A stretch of 64,000 nucleotides of DNA from Paraspadella gotoi (taxonomy: Eukaryota > Animalia > Chaetognatha): the NCBI GenBank assembly GCA_051294375.1, contig JBJCIZ010000744.1, forward strand, positions 1,354,262 to 1,418,261. The letters are read 5' to 3'. Below the pieces are notes generated by a model. It was not told the origin of the DNA. It worked only from the letters and a program-made list of their open reading frames with translations, and did not search any database. The position numbers and the translations under genes were made by a program. Position 1 is the first letter of the stretch; every line of letters starts with the position of its first letter. Shown here piece after piece: positions 13,621 to 27,170 of this stretch.

Positions 13621-15257
13621 CTTTTGTTTCCAGGAAGGACGAATTGGGCGCTGAATTTTAAATTGTTTTTTTTTAAAACAAGAAGATTATTTATAAAAAG
13701 ATTATTAGTTATGCGTTATTATAAATAAGGTGTTATTGCTTTTATTGTTCACTATAACGCTGCACGAGTTGAGCGAGATGAGATTTGAATTTTACGAATA
13801 TATTTTTATAACGTGCTACTACTCCTATTTTTATTAGCAGATCACATTAGAAGCTAGAATAAGTACAAGAAGTCATTTGGGATTTTCGACATTATATTTG
13901 TAAATTTGTATTAAAATTTGAAGAGAGAAAATCCATTTTCTTACCTTTTTGTGAAACATGGGTAAAGTCTCTTGATCCAGATTTTCTTTTGACATTTTAA
14001 TTGAAATATATTTTATAAAAAATCTTTAAAAAGTATAAATAATTAATGTGATAAAATGAGTTCGCAGTGGAGGCATCGACTTTCAAAATAGCTGCTCACT
14101 TTTATACTTATTCCTTTTTCCGGCCCAGTCAGCTTACTTTCCCTTGACCTCGCAACACTTACCCTTTCTCTCTTACCGAACTTTTTCTTGCTGAGTGTGG
14201 CTGAAATCCAGACGTTTTGTGATGTGAGTTTTATATTGTTAGGTGTTTTTTTCGGTGAAGAGGTAAAGGTTGTCGGATCCCTGCAATGATCCTGATTTCA
14301 ACCGCACTGTTCACGACGAAACTGTTCTTTGCTTTCTCTACTTTCTTTCTTTATTTCTTTTATTGTCCCTCTTTGTTTTTCCGTGATTGTTCATTTCTTT
14401 CTTTTTTCTTTTTTTTTTTTTTTCCGATTTTTTCTTTTATTTCTTTCTTTTCTTTCTCTCTCTTTTCACTCTTTCTTTCTATCTTTCTTTCTTTCTTTCT
14501 TTTTATTTTATTCTTCCATTATTCTCTATCCCCTCTCTCTTCTTTAACTCAAGCTGTTCCATCTAATATCTGACTCTGATCTGAACAATTTGGCATAAAT
14601 AGTACTTTGTGTTGACGACTATTGTTCTATTTTTTTAAGTACTCGCGGAGGACACAACTCTATAAGTCACTTTGTCGATCATGAACATATATGTCCGAAT
14701 ACCGATATCAATAAAGAATTAAGTTACAAAATATTTTTTATCTATTATGTTTATACATGTAGTCATCAGTTGGGAACTATTACAAATTAATCTTAATCAA
14801 CTTCAGTTTTCAGAAAAATTTTTGAGAACGAATTTCAGACGGCGGACAATTTGACAAGAATTGAACTTGAATTCATAAAACAGGTCCTGAGAATAAAATA
14901 CTTCAATGATCAGCAAAAAAAATTAGTCAGGTTAATCCTACTAAGATGACAATAAATATATAAAAAATCTATAAAACAGGAGAAAAAATAGCATATTTAA
15001 ACATTTCAATTTATTTAAACTGTTGCTCTATCTTATCTTACTCAAAGAAAAGTAACATATTTACAGTATTAATCAAATTTTTTAACTGTGGTATAGATTA
15101 AACAGTTAACGTAAATTGAATATCAAAGTAACAAAGAAGATAAGATACAGTCAAAAAATGTTTTAATGTTTTAATTAAAGTTTTAATAAATATTTTAATC
15201 GAAATTTATTCATATAAAACGTGGTTTATAAATTCTCAGCAACGCATTCCCCTTAAG

Positions 15258-15534
15258 GTCCAAACTGCCGGCTCCCTTCGCCATCCTCAGCATCGTCTTT
15301 CGTTTTCTTCGCTTCTTTTTCAAAAGATTCCGCGAAGTCCAGGGTTTCGTCAGCAGCAAACGAACCATCAAGATCAAATTGGAGACCCCCGCCGAGGGCG
15401 TCGCCAGTCGCTGGGCGGACGAGGGCAAATGGGCGGCCAAGTACGCCAAGATGTTGCGGCGGTGGGAAGCGATCGTCGCCAATAACTTTTGGTCGAGCAG
15501 CGGGATTTTAGAAGAGAAGGGGAAAAACGTTTGA
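15258..15534 (+). CDS. Third copy of the TRPM post-TRP-box exon, the only copy with an intact frame
   Basis: Reads (R)SKLPAPFAILSIVFRFLRFFFKRFREVQGF..AKMLRRWEAIVANNFW..KGKN, then gtttga (donor or Val-stop). Confidence 0.7.
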
Positions 15535-15556
15535 GTTATATTTTCAAGTATTTATA

Positions 15557-15598
<42 letters not shown>

Positions 15599-16101
15599 TT
15601 ATTATTTTTTTTTTATTGGTGTTTATATTTTCTTGTCATGCATGATATTTGACTTATGTTTCGTTTTGGTTTTGGGCAGGTTGGCGACTTTAATTTAATA
15701 AAAATAAATTTCTATGAAAATGACAAAATGAAAAAAAAATNNNNNNNNNNTTATTTTTCTGTTTTCTCATGATCAATTGATTATTAAAAATTGAATCAAG
15801 ATGCCCGCATAGTTGTTATTTGTTATTAATAATTGAGGTCGAAAGTTTTAAAATATATATATATTTTATTATTTATTATATATATATATAACCTTATCAA
15901 TCTTTACCTCCATGCTGGCGAGAATCGGAAGAAAGCTGAAGAGCGGTGGGTTGCTAATCCTGAAGGACTTCGCGCCAGGGGATTCATTAAGCGCTTCCGT
16001 CTATTAGTAATTAATTCGATTAATTATTAAATTAATTTAGATTAAATGACAGTTTTCGAGCTATAGATACGCCAACATGCTACAAGTCACATCCCCCTGA
16101 A

Positions 16102-16290
16102 CGGCTCGGTAACATAACCGCGAAATGGTTAGGATCTTACTGACCTCTGGATCCTCGAACCGAAACCGGAACCTCGTTTCCGGTTCGAGTCCCCACCAGC
16201 CGGAAAGTTTGGTCAATGACGAAGGGTCGTGTCGATTGTGAAGGAAGAATCCGCCGGGTGAACCGTGACAGGAATTTAAGTACTGTTAAA
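16102..16290 (+). other. Cloverleaf-like structured sequence with a Pol III B-box; possible head of a second SINE family
   Basis: Closing stem cggctcggt/accagccg, three internal hairpins, ggttcgagtcc at 16182-16192. Confidence 0.4.
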
Positions 16291-16300
16291 CGATATATTG

Positions 16301-16531
16301 AAGAGACAGTAATTATTGTTATATGTTAGTGACAGAACCATTCAATATAAGCAGTCCCTGAGCTTCGGATCAGGCTGTAACACCGTGTTACAGGCGGGTT
16401 AAGCGCCCCGTCCCTCTTAACTGCTAGGCGGCCACCGGGCTTGAACACTGGACCTTTGGGTTGGGAGGCGAATGACTTGCCTCCGGCACCAGTGGCTGCT
16501 GATAAACGGTTGGTGGATTTTAGTCCGCCAT
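16301..16531 (-). mobile_element. tRNA-derived SINE-like repeat, uninterrupted copy
   Basis: Reverse complement of the family sequence. Confidence 0.8.
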
Positions 16532-18707
16532 ACGTTCAAGCTAAGCAGGGTAAAATCATGATAGGTTTTAAAATTTTAGTAATTACCGTAGTTCTTGCAA
16601 CATGTATAGATTAATTGATTGTTAGATTGATCGATTGATCGATTTATTAATAAATTTATTAATTGAATAATTAATGCAGCTTGTATTTATATTTAATATA
16701 AAAAGAAAAATGGCATAATTAAATTGTGAAACAGGTTCTTTGTTTTTTCACATTAAAACATTTCCCTCGGACATTCCATCGAAGCTTGAATTCCAGCTTA
16801 ATCAACACTTTCCTACCAACACACAAAAATTTCATCTCAATCTATCCATCCAAGTCAATCGCCCCATATATTCCTCAGTAATTGACATTCAAAACTAGGG
16901 AGGGGGGAACGGACGGACGACATCCGCACATCGTTTTTTTTTTTTTTTTTTTTTTTTGGCATAATTTATCATGATTTGACGTTCTGACATTTTCTGAATG
17001 ACTTACCGACAATATTTATGTGGCGGACTGCGACGGACCGACAAAGTGAATCTTAGAGTCGAGATCAGGCCAGAAATTACTTAAATATAGAGTTTCCTCC
17101 GCCAATAAATTTTAAATTTTTTTTCCTAGATTTCGATATGAAAGACCGACGATGCAAGACCGATAGACCGACGTCAAACCGGTTTGTCGGCCACGTTGTC
17201 GTCGTCATCGTCGTCGTCGTCGTCGTCTGTGCCAGTTTAGTCTATAGAAAAAATATTATATTACCGATTAAACAATTGAATATAAAGTCTTTCGCTGGGA
17301 GACGATACTAACAAAAAAATAATAGTTAAGTGAGAATCTAAAAAAAAAATTAAATAAAGACAAAAAACAAAACAAAAATAATTATTTGATAATTGTTGTT
17401 TATACAAACTTCAAAGTTTAAACTGCTTCGTTAAATTCCTAACGGCTTGGAGCTTTCTATCGCCACCAAACGGTACGACGATAATTTCATATTTGTATTC
17501 TAGCTAAGAGTTCAATAAAGGTCATCCGTGCGCATAGTTTTATAATAAGTAAAATAATAAGTAAATAAAATACGAACAATTCCTAATATCATAAGACGCT
17601 TGTTTCATACTATATATATCATACCATATAAACCATATAACCGAGTGATCATCTTGGAAATCGTGTACGGAACCAAGTCGGGCTTCATTTTCCCAACCCC
17701 ACCTTTTTCATTTTAAATGCGAAATTAAGTAGGTTTTAGGATTAAAGGTTAGGAATTTGGTTAACGATTAATGTTTAAGATTTTATTATTTATCGTTTAG
17801 GAATTATGTTTAGGGTTAAAGGTTAAAAATTTTATATATTCCTTACCCTACTTACCTCTTTTCCCTGATGAGAGACTAGTTAGTACCTACCTTTAGCTAG
17901 ATACCCATCTTCCCAGTAGGGTTTAAGATTAAAGTTAAATATTAAAATTAAAATTAGTATAGTAAATGGCGCGCATTATCTTTTTTTGTTTTTTAAATGT
18001 CTCTTTGTATTGGATTAATCTCCTCCTCTTTATCTTTATCGATTATTTTCTCTTATCTTATTATAAAGATTTTTTATCCTCTTTCCCCCCCCTCCCCCTC
18101 CCCTTTTCTTTAACTCTCTCTCTTTCTCTCCCTCTCTGTTTCTCTTTCTTTCTTTTTCTTTTAATCGAACGTCTATGTAAAATATTTTCCGTTAACAATA
18201 ATAAAAACAAGAATGCGTTTATCGGTGAAGGAGTCACATTAAACTAACGTTAAAAAGAAAACAATCCGAAGAGAAATGTGACACTCTCGGAAAAGAGAGC
18301 CAACTTTTTAACTTTTTCTTAGTCTCTCTCTGTCTCTCTCTCTGTCTCTCTCTCTTCGTCTCCCTCCTCCCCTCTCTCCAATGGAACCTTCAAGTCAATC
18401 CACCCCCCAACCGCTCGCCATTCCACCCACGCACTCCGCTCCGCACGAGGTTCTCCGCATTCCGAGCTCGGGTCTCCCTTCTGCGGAGCCGGGCACGATT
18501 GCGGTACCGACGACTTCCCCGCCGACGGGGACTTGGGTCGGCAGACGGCACCGGAAGAAAATCCCGGGTAGGTTAGAAAAATTATTTATTATATTATATT
18601 ATAAATATCATATCGACTTTTTTTTATTAAATTTGATTATAAAATCGGTACAAGCAATAAAATTTTTTTTTTTATTAATTCAATAAATACGCTTAAATTT
18701 GTATATT

Positions 18708-18930
18708 ATGGTGGACTAAAATCCACTAACTTTTCATCAGCGGCCATTGGTGCTGGAGCAAGTCATTCGCCTCCCAACCCAACGGTCCGGGGTTCTAGCA
18801 CGGTGGTCGCCTTGCAGTTAAGAGGGGCGCTTAACCCGCCTGTAACACGGTGTTACAGCCTGATCCGAAGCTCAGGGAGTGCTAATATTGAACGGTTCTG
18901 TCACTAACTCATAACAACTATTACTGTCTC
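18708..18930 (+). mobile_element. tRNA-derived SINE-like repeat (duplicate of 9476-9700)
   Basis: Acceptor-like stem gcggcca (18740-18746) / tggtcgc (18804-18810) spanning 71 nt. Confidence 0.8.
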
Positions 18931-21900
18931 TAACCTGATACAACCTGCATAGGAAGTTGTAAATTAATATTAAGCAATTCCTTGTGGGATATATAAATGC
19001 ATTTTTTTATTTACACTAAATAATAAAAAAAATACTTGTAAAATTTGTTTGGCTTTAAAGATTAGATTAATTTTTTTAAAATTCATTTGCAATTACATTT
19101 AAACTTAAGTGTGTCGATTCTTATATCTAATTTACCATCTAATCAACGATTTAAGAATTGTTTATTATTTAGCCGTTCTCTCCCATATACAATTTCAGCG
19201 AGAGTCGTCATCGTCATCGCCGTCGTCGTCATCGTCGTCATCATCGTCGTCATCGTCTCCGCATTATTAGCCGTCAAAGGATGAACGAAAGATTAACAAG
19301 ATTAACAAAATTAATAAGATCTGTGAGGTGTTAATAAGAGTTAATCGCCTTGCGCGGCCATTACCATTCCCGTCGACACCATGCCCGGATTTACCATTCC
19401 CGTCGACACCATGCCCGGATTTACCATGCCCGTGCCCGTGGGCACCATGCCCGGCCGACGAAATGCCATGCGTCTTGGGCTGTGAGTAAAAAGGCGACTC
19501 ATAATATCAACAAACGAACGTTTTATCTAATTTTTTTAAACAATTTTGTTTTATAATTTCCGTTAATTAAATGACTATTTGTGTATTTTTTTTTTTTTTA
19601 ATTCGTCCTTGAAATTTCGTTACTTTTGTAAATATACCCTGCCTTTTGTTTTTGAGAAAAAAATATGTCGCGATTTTCTTTTTCAACGATTATTTACAAT
19701 TTTAAATAAATTGCGGTAAAAATCTACCGAATCGGCAACAATAATATTCAATAAATTAGATTGTAAGTTCTTAATCTTGTGACCGCCACCAAAGAATTAT
19801 TTTTGTTAAATAAACATTAATGTAGATTTTAAAAATATTAAAAAAATATGTCAGAATTTTTTTTATTTTTAATAATCCATTAGTAATAAATTACGATAGA
19901 TATCTACCGAATTAGCAATAAAAAAATTTGATAAATAAATAAATTAGATAAATAAAAAATTAGATTGTTAGTTCTTAATCTTGTAACCGTCACCAGAACA
20001 TTATTTTTGTTTAACAAATGATAATGGAGGTTTTAATAAGTTTGAGCAAACAATACCGGATCTGCCCACGATCATTAGCGGTAAGCAGCTGATCAGATAA
20101 TTAATTAATTAATTAATTAATTAATTAATATTAATTTTTTTTATTTGTGTTAAAATCTCGCCTCTCAATCACAAAACAACAATCTCGATCATAAAATTAA
20201 TTCGATGTTCTGACATGATATATGTTAATGCCCAACAAGATTGGGGGGCCGACCGATGGACCGACAAAGTGAATTATAGAGCCGGAATCTGCTGTAAGCA
20301 GATCCGACTAAAAAGACTGTCAAGCGTAACAACTAATTCGTCGCAAGAGAAGCAAATTCAATAACTTGACTATTTAGTATTTACAACCAAAGATCAAATT
20401 TGTTTTCGTGGTTCGGGGGTGATTAAAGGGTTATAGGTTTACAGCGAGGGGTTAAATAGGTGAAGAGGGCGTTCAGGGTTCGCAGTGGATCACCAGGGGA
20501 TTGGGCAGTTGGGAGTGGTCGTTACAGGTTTACCTTGAAGGTGGGATACAGTTGAGAATGGTTGGGTGTAAACCGTGAAGGGGTTCGTGATTTTAAGTGA
20601 GAATTTTTAAGTGTTTAAGTGAGAGGGTATAATTATTTAGAGTAAATCTTCAGAGTAAGGTTGTAAAGAGGCTTGAGGGGTTTTGGAGGTGGTCCAGTGG
20701 TAGTTCAGTGGGATCAAGTTTCTCGCGGGTCAGCTAAATCGGCGACCATACACCGACCGACAGGCACAAAATAAATCCAAATCCAAATTATTTCATCAAC
20801 GATCCATCGACCTCCGATCCCCGCGACCACTCTCGACGATCCTCTCCAAGTCTTCGATTATGCGTTGGACGTCGTTTTCGCATTCGACGGCGGCGATGAG
20901 GGGCATGCGGAAAGGCCAGGAGGAGGAGGAGGAGGAGTACGACGAAGAAGACGACGACGACGACGACAACTCTATGATGTCATCAATTCGATTTAAAGTT
21001 TCATGGAGATAGTTGACGATTTCGGGGAAAGGCTCCTCGAATGGGGCGAGATTGTCGGAGCATCTCTGGACGAGAGACTGGAAGAGGAATTTTGTTTTAA
21101 TTTTAACCTTAATGTTTAACTTGAATAAGTTCTTAAACTTATTTAACTAATTCTTATCCCTAATCTCTAACCCATAGCTTTTTTTTTTTTGCGAACAATA
21201 AACGGACAATAAACAATAAATAACAATATTTTTTTAAAAAAAGTTGATTATATCGTTTGAACTCACCCGAATCCTCACAAAGTCGGGGCAATCCGTCCAA
21301 TTGTAAACATCATGGGATTTCACGGTTCGACGCGCGATCTTTTCGCAAGGCTCCTCGTCGATTTTCGTCTGAAACGAGGAGAAAAAAAAAAAAAAAAACA
21401 GAACTCGTTACCATAGCAACGTGCAATCTAAAAAGAGGCTTACCTTTAACTTTTTCAGAAGGCGATTGAGGTTATTCCGCATGGACTCGATTTTGAAGGC
21501 AACTTCCTCATGGAAACAAACGTCGGAATCGAATCTGTATGGATACAAATAGTACGATAATTACGGTATGATAGTACAACATTATAACTAATCATTTAAA
21601 ATGTTATTTTTTTCTAAATGAAAGTACAGTCGCAGTATGTAAAGTCCAGACGAATATCTACAACTCAGATGCTCTTTTAATATAGGAGATATCGACGTTT
21701 GTCTCTTTCTCTCTTTTGCGGTCATTCCAGATTCTGCTCTGAAACGGGACTCTTCTCTAAAATAATAAACGTTTGTGGACGCTTCATGGACGCTTAGTGG
21801 ATTCTTTGTGGATTTGTTTATTCATTTACTATTGCTTCTTTTATTAATTAGTTAGTATTTCATTGATTGTATTTTATGAATATCTATATGCTTTGATTAT

Positions 21901-24432
21901 TTTATTAAGGTACCCATTAAATATCGAGACTCCAAGTGGATAAGAAACTTATAAACTTTATGGCGCCAGCGGTCCCGGTTTTCAGTCCAGTTTCTTGACA
22001 AAAATTTTGATCTTTTTTTTTGGGGGGGGGTATAATATTTCCACTGTATATGCTGTCTTCAGTTAAAAAAAGACAAGGAGAGAGAGAGAGAGAGAGACTT
22101 GAAAATAGTGAACCATTCAAACAATAAATGCCCTTAGGCTTAACTAAGAAACAAGGGCCATAACATTTAAAAAGGACTTAGAGAATGCTTGCTCTTTCCT
22201 CAACAGTTTTACGTATGACTCCACTGTCTCTCGCCCCCCCCCCCAATTCTTCATTTAATCCTGTTGTTTTTGTTGTTGCTGTTGTTGATATTCGTATCGT
22301 CGACGGATTGAAACATTGACCGACTCTGAGACAGATATCACATATCACATATCACAACTGAGAGAGAGAGAGAGAGGAGAGAGAGAGAAAGAGAAAGAGA
22401 GAGAGAAAAAGCCAGGCGGATAGACAAAGAGACACAAACCCGGACAAGTAAACAAACTGAGAACATTAACATTAACATTAACATTAACAGAATAAAGTAC
22501 CTTTCTCTTTTTCCTCGACTTAAAACTTTCGGTTTCTTTAAGACGGGTAAAGCCGGCGCTTTTGACGGAGCGAAGATCGAGAGCGCCGGTTTTTCCGCCG
22601 CCGGCGTCACGTTGTATCCCGGCGTCGAGACAGGATGGAACGTGAGGACGAAACCGAGAGAAAAGGAAAAGGCGGCGCCGACGCCGACGACGACGTCGAC
22701 GAAGATCGAAGCGAATTTTCGATTGATGATCTTTTGTTTCCAGGAAGACGAATTGGGCGCTGAATTTTAAATTTGTTTTTTTTTAAACAAAAGATTATTA
22801 TAAAAAGATTATTAGTTATCGTTATTATAAATTAGTTTATTGCTTTTATTGTTCACTATAACGCTGACGAATTTGAGCGAGATGAGATTTGAATTTTACG
22901 ATATATTTTTATAACTGTACTACTCCATATTTTATTAGACAGATCACATTAAGAAGCTAGAATAATACAAGAAGTCATTTGGGATTTCGACATTATATTT
23001 GTAAATTTGTATTAAAATTTGAAAGAGAGAAAATCCATTTTCTTACCTTTTTTGTGAAACATGGGTAAAGTCTCTTGATCCAGATTTTCTTTTGACATTT
23101 TAATTGAAATATATTTTATAAAAATCTTTTAAAAAGTATAAATAATTAATGTGATAAAAATGAGTTCGCGTGGGAGGCATCGACTTTCAAAATAGCTCTC
23201 ACTTTTATACTTATTCCTTTTTCGCCAGTCAGCTTACTTTCCCTTGACCTCGCAACACTTACCTTTCTCTCTTACCCGTTTTTCTATGGCAAATCCAGAC
23301 TTTTTGATGTGATTTTAATTTTTAGGTTTTTTTTTCGGTGAAAGTAAAGTGTCGATCCCTAATGATCTTGTCACGCCTGTTCGACGAACTTTCTTTCTTT
23401 CTCTCTTTCTTTCTTTATTTCTTTCCCTCTTTGTTTTTCCTTTGTTATTTCTTTCTTTATTTCTTTATTTTTTTTTCCTTTTTTCTTTATTTCTTTCTTT
23501 CTTTTTTCTCTCTTTTTCACTCTTTCTTTCTATCTTTCTTTCTTTCTTTCTTTTTTTTTTATTCTTACCATTTTCCTATCCCTCTCTCTTTCTTTCTCAA
23601 GCTTTCTCTAATTCTACATGAAAATTTGCAAAATTACTTGTTTCACTATTTTCTATTTTTAGTACTCGCGGAGCAACTCTATAAGTCACTTTTCGATCAT
23701 GAACATAATTTTCGAATACGTTAATAAAAATTAATTAAAAATATTTTTTATCTATTATGTTTATACAATGTAAAGGTCATCAGTTGGGAACTATTTACAA
23801 ATTAATTTTAATCAACTTCAGTTTTCAGAACAAATTTGAGAACGAATTTCAGACGGGCGGCACAATTTGACAAGAATTGAAACTTGAATTCATAAAACAG
23901 GTCCTGAGAATAAAAATACTTCAATGATTCAGCAAAAAAAATTAGTCAGGTTAATCCTACTAAGATGACAATAATATATAAAAAATCTATTAAAACAGGA
24001 GAAAAAATTAGCATATTTAAACATTTTTCTAGTAGTAAATTGTACTTTTTTAACAAGGGTTGACTGTCAACCTCAAAATTAAAAAAAAAAACCTTCTCAT
24101 CGAAAAATACAATAACACTTTACTTTGAAAGTCATGCAAAGGGATCACAATAATCAGATATTATACATATATTATATAATATATACATTGGACAAGGGCA
24201 ATAACGGTTAAGACAGATAGTGAAAGTGGATCAACCAAAAATAGTACTTTTTCATGCATATTAACACATAATATCATTTGGATTCCCCACAAAAAAAGTT
24301 AGAAAAATTCTACAATATTTCAAATACTTCATTAGAAACAACAAATTGTCGGAGCTTTCTTTAACTTAAATTTTTGATATATAAATGTTATAGAGTTTCT
24401 CATCAAAAACCTCGTCTCCTTCCAAAGCATTC

Positions 24433-27170
24433 TTACAATCCCAGCCTCCTACTTGTGCTGCAATGAACAAGTATGGATTGTCGAAATTCTGCGATTGAAG
24501 CGGCAAACACCTTGACAAAAGCAGCCCAAATAGTTGGTTTTTGAAGGAGGTGTTTGTCATACCAAGATGGGTGAGATTTTCTCGGTGAAGATGATGCTCG
24601 TTGCTCGCCCTCCAGCTCTCGGACGATGCAATTAGAAAAGTGTCTTTTCTGGATCAGCTTGACATACGTTCCGCCAAAGCTGACATTGGTGAGCATTACT
24701 ACGACAGTTACCTGTTGTTTCAGTTGTTCACATGTTCACATATGTTCACATATCAGTTGCCGAAATTCATCAACGTTGGCGAGGTGCGGACTGTGACAGG
24801 CAATGAAGACTCCGTTCTTTCTAAACCCAGGAACAAAGTTGGCGTTAGGGTAAATTGATTGATTGATTGACTGGAGCTCCATTTTCGTTTCGCCAACGCT
24901 TTCATAATGTTCAGCATCATCATTCTCATAATCGTCATATAAAAATTTAAAACTCACTCTTGCATTTTCATAAGATGGAGAATCTTGAAAACTGTTTCTG
25001 AATTCTTCGCTTGTAAACAAGAGAAGAATCGTCAGGCATCGTGGAAAGGATTGTCGGAGGTCAAATGCGAACCCGTAACCCATTCCGAAAACTATTGTCT
25101 TGACAAAAGAGAAAGGAGTTGGTGATTTTCACTGCTCAAAGGAAAAGATGACTCACGGCGACTATTGTGATTTATCTTGCTATAGAGAATTATGTTAAAA
25201 AAAAATTATGTTAGAAAAAAAATCACTTGCCGTCAACACTCAAAAAATTCAGAATCAATTTACTGGTATGTCTGGCGCCTCAATTCCAGAGAAGTCTGCG
25301 AAAACAAGGAAACTGGATTTTGCAAAGACATCGATGAGTGCAGAGAATATTTGCCTTGCCGCAACAGCAAGACATGCCGCAATACTTGTGGCGACTATTC
25401 TTGTGATTGTGAGAACAATTTTATTTGGAAAAATTGTTAAAAAGTGATGCCAAATATGACAGGAAAAATGACAGAAGATAATGTCACCTGTAGCAATGAA
25501 ATGTCTTGTTTACTTCCTTTTCCAAAGGAGATTGTCCAAAAAATAATAATTATTGCTTTTTAAGAAGAAAATGAAAATGACATAAATAACAGGAACAACT
25601 ACTACAAATCAAAACTGTGGAGAGATAGGGATACTTTATCTGACTATTTACTTGGTGATGGTTATATTCCTTTTGCAGTCCTGGTTAATCCTATCAATAG
25701 TTTTGATTTAGTCTACTGTTACTAAAGATCAAATCAAAAAGATTATTAATAAACACAGCTCCCTTATCTCTGTTGCTGGCCATCTCGGCATGCGGAAGCA
25801 GTCCATACTGGGCTTTTACAATATTGTTTGGTTGTTCAATATATGCCAGAGGATTTGGACGCTCTAATGTCAACCAGGACACTCCTAATTTTTTTTATTG
25901 AAATAGCAATTGCACATTTTTTAGATTTATTCAAATTCCTACTTAGTAAGTAAAAGACGATTATGACAACTATGATGCACAATACAAGCAGCAGAACAGA
26001 AACTGTTATGGGAACAATCAAGGACAAAGATTAAACTGAAGCTTCATTTATTAACCTTAATGACATCAACGATTCAACAATCTTTCCTCCTTAAATCTAT
26101 CAAAATTAGTTTGGATCAAATAAATAAATTTATATAAGTTGTCTTTCCAGCGAATGTGTTTTGCTGACAAGTTTCATTCATTATGTTTCCATTTAAGATT
26201 TCTATTAAATCAAAACTATTGATAGGATTATTAGGATTAACCAGGACTGCTAAAAGAATATAACCGTCACCATGTAAACAGTCAGATAAAGTATCCCTAT
26301 CTCTCCACAGTCTCGATTTGTAGTAGTTGTTCCTATCATTTATGTCATTTTCATTTTCTTCTTGAAAAGCAACAATGATTATTTTTTGGACAATCTCCTT
26401 TAGAAAAGGAAGTAACCAAGACATATCATTGCTACAGGTAACATTATCTTCTGTCATTTTTACTGTCATATTTGGCGTCGCTTTTTGACAATTTTGCCAA
26501 ATAAAATTGTTCCCACAATCACAAGAATAGTCGCCGTAAGTATTGCGGAAAGTCTTGCTGTTGCGGCAAGGTGAATATTCTCTGCACTCATTGATGTCTT
26601 TGCAAAATCCAGTTTCCTTGTTTTCTAACATAATTTGACAACCTGTATCCTCTATAGCAGGATAAATCACAATAGTCGCCGTGAGTCATCTCTTCCTTTG
26701 AGCAGTGAAAATCACCAACTCCTTTCTCTTTTGTCAAGACAATAGTTTTTGGAATGGGTTATGGGTTCGCATTTGACCTCCGACAATCCTTTCCATGATG
26801 CCTGACGATTCTTCTCTTGTTTACAAGCGATGTCTTCGCCGATGCAATAAAATCCTGATTTGCAATAAGTTGACATAAGTTGGGCAATCACGCTGAACGG
26901 CATTAACAATTGTTGGATATTTCACACATCTTGTTGAACTACATTGAGGATATGAAAAGAAACCAAGTTGGTCTTCTTCTTCATTTCCTTGCTGACACAC
27001 GGATATCAAATCATTTGTATGAGTCGTCCAATAACCTTCCTTGCAATCGAATGTGCACTGACTGTGAGGTGACTCCTGTAGTTAACATTCATTCTGCAAG
27101 TTCCAAGTAAAGTAGAATAATGGATGCGATTAAATTCGATCTTGCAAGAGCTGCAGTTCCGTCGCTCGTT
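24433..27170 (-). pseudogene. Decayed, apparently intronless receptor protein-tyrosine-phosphatase-like gene: sushi/CCP-like repeats, Ca-binding EGF, TM helix, Tyr motifs, PTP domain
   Basis: CTFDCKEGY, YCKSGFY, CDLSCYRGY (sushi-like); DINECREYSPCRNSKT..DYSCDC (EGF); LIVPITVSVLLLVLCIIVVIIVFYLL (TM); YPNANFV..FIACHSP..VDEFRQLICE..VVVMLTN..SWYDK..ILVHCS (PTP motifs in canonical order); stops and frameshifts. Confidence 0.75.
25007..25710 (+). repeat. Inverted, diverged duplicate of ~26205-26831 (sushi-EGF segment) inserted in the PTP-like pseudogene
   Basis: Both copies encode NKETGFCKDI(D/N)ECREY; each has its own substitutions and deletions. Confidence 0.9.

Larger units (their letters stand above)
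5661..24026. repeat. Head-to-tail segmental duplication, units ~5661-15006 and ~15007-24026
   Basis: 15007-15740 repeats 5661-6420; ~16381-24026 repeats ~7214-15006; N-gap at 15741-15750. Confidence 0.9.

Noticed and set aside
14286-14573. Hydrophobic membrane-protein-like ORFs (also 23338, 35417, 48149, 49367)
   Set aside because: Translations of CT/AG microsatellites
16155-16200. HDV-like ribozyme (cctcgt loop within nested stems)
   Set aside because: Lacks the P1.1 GG, a P2 partner and the catalytic J4/2 segment
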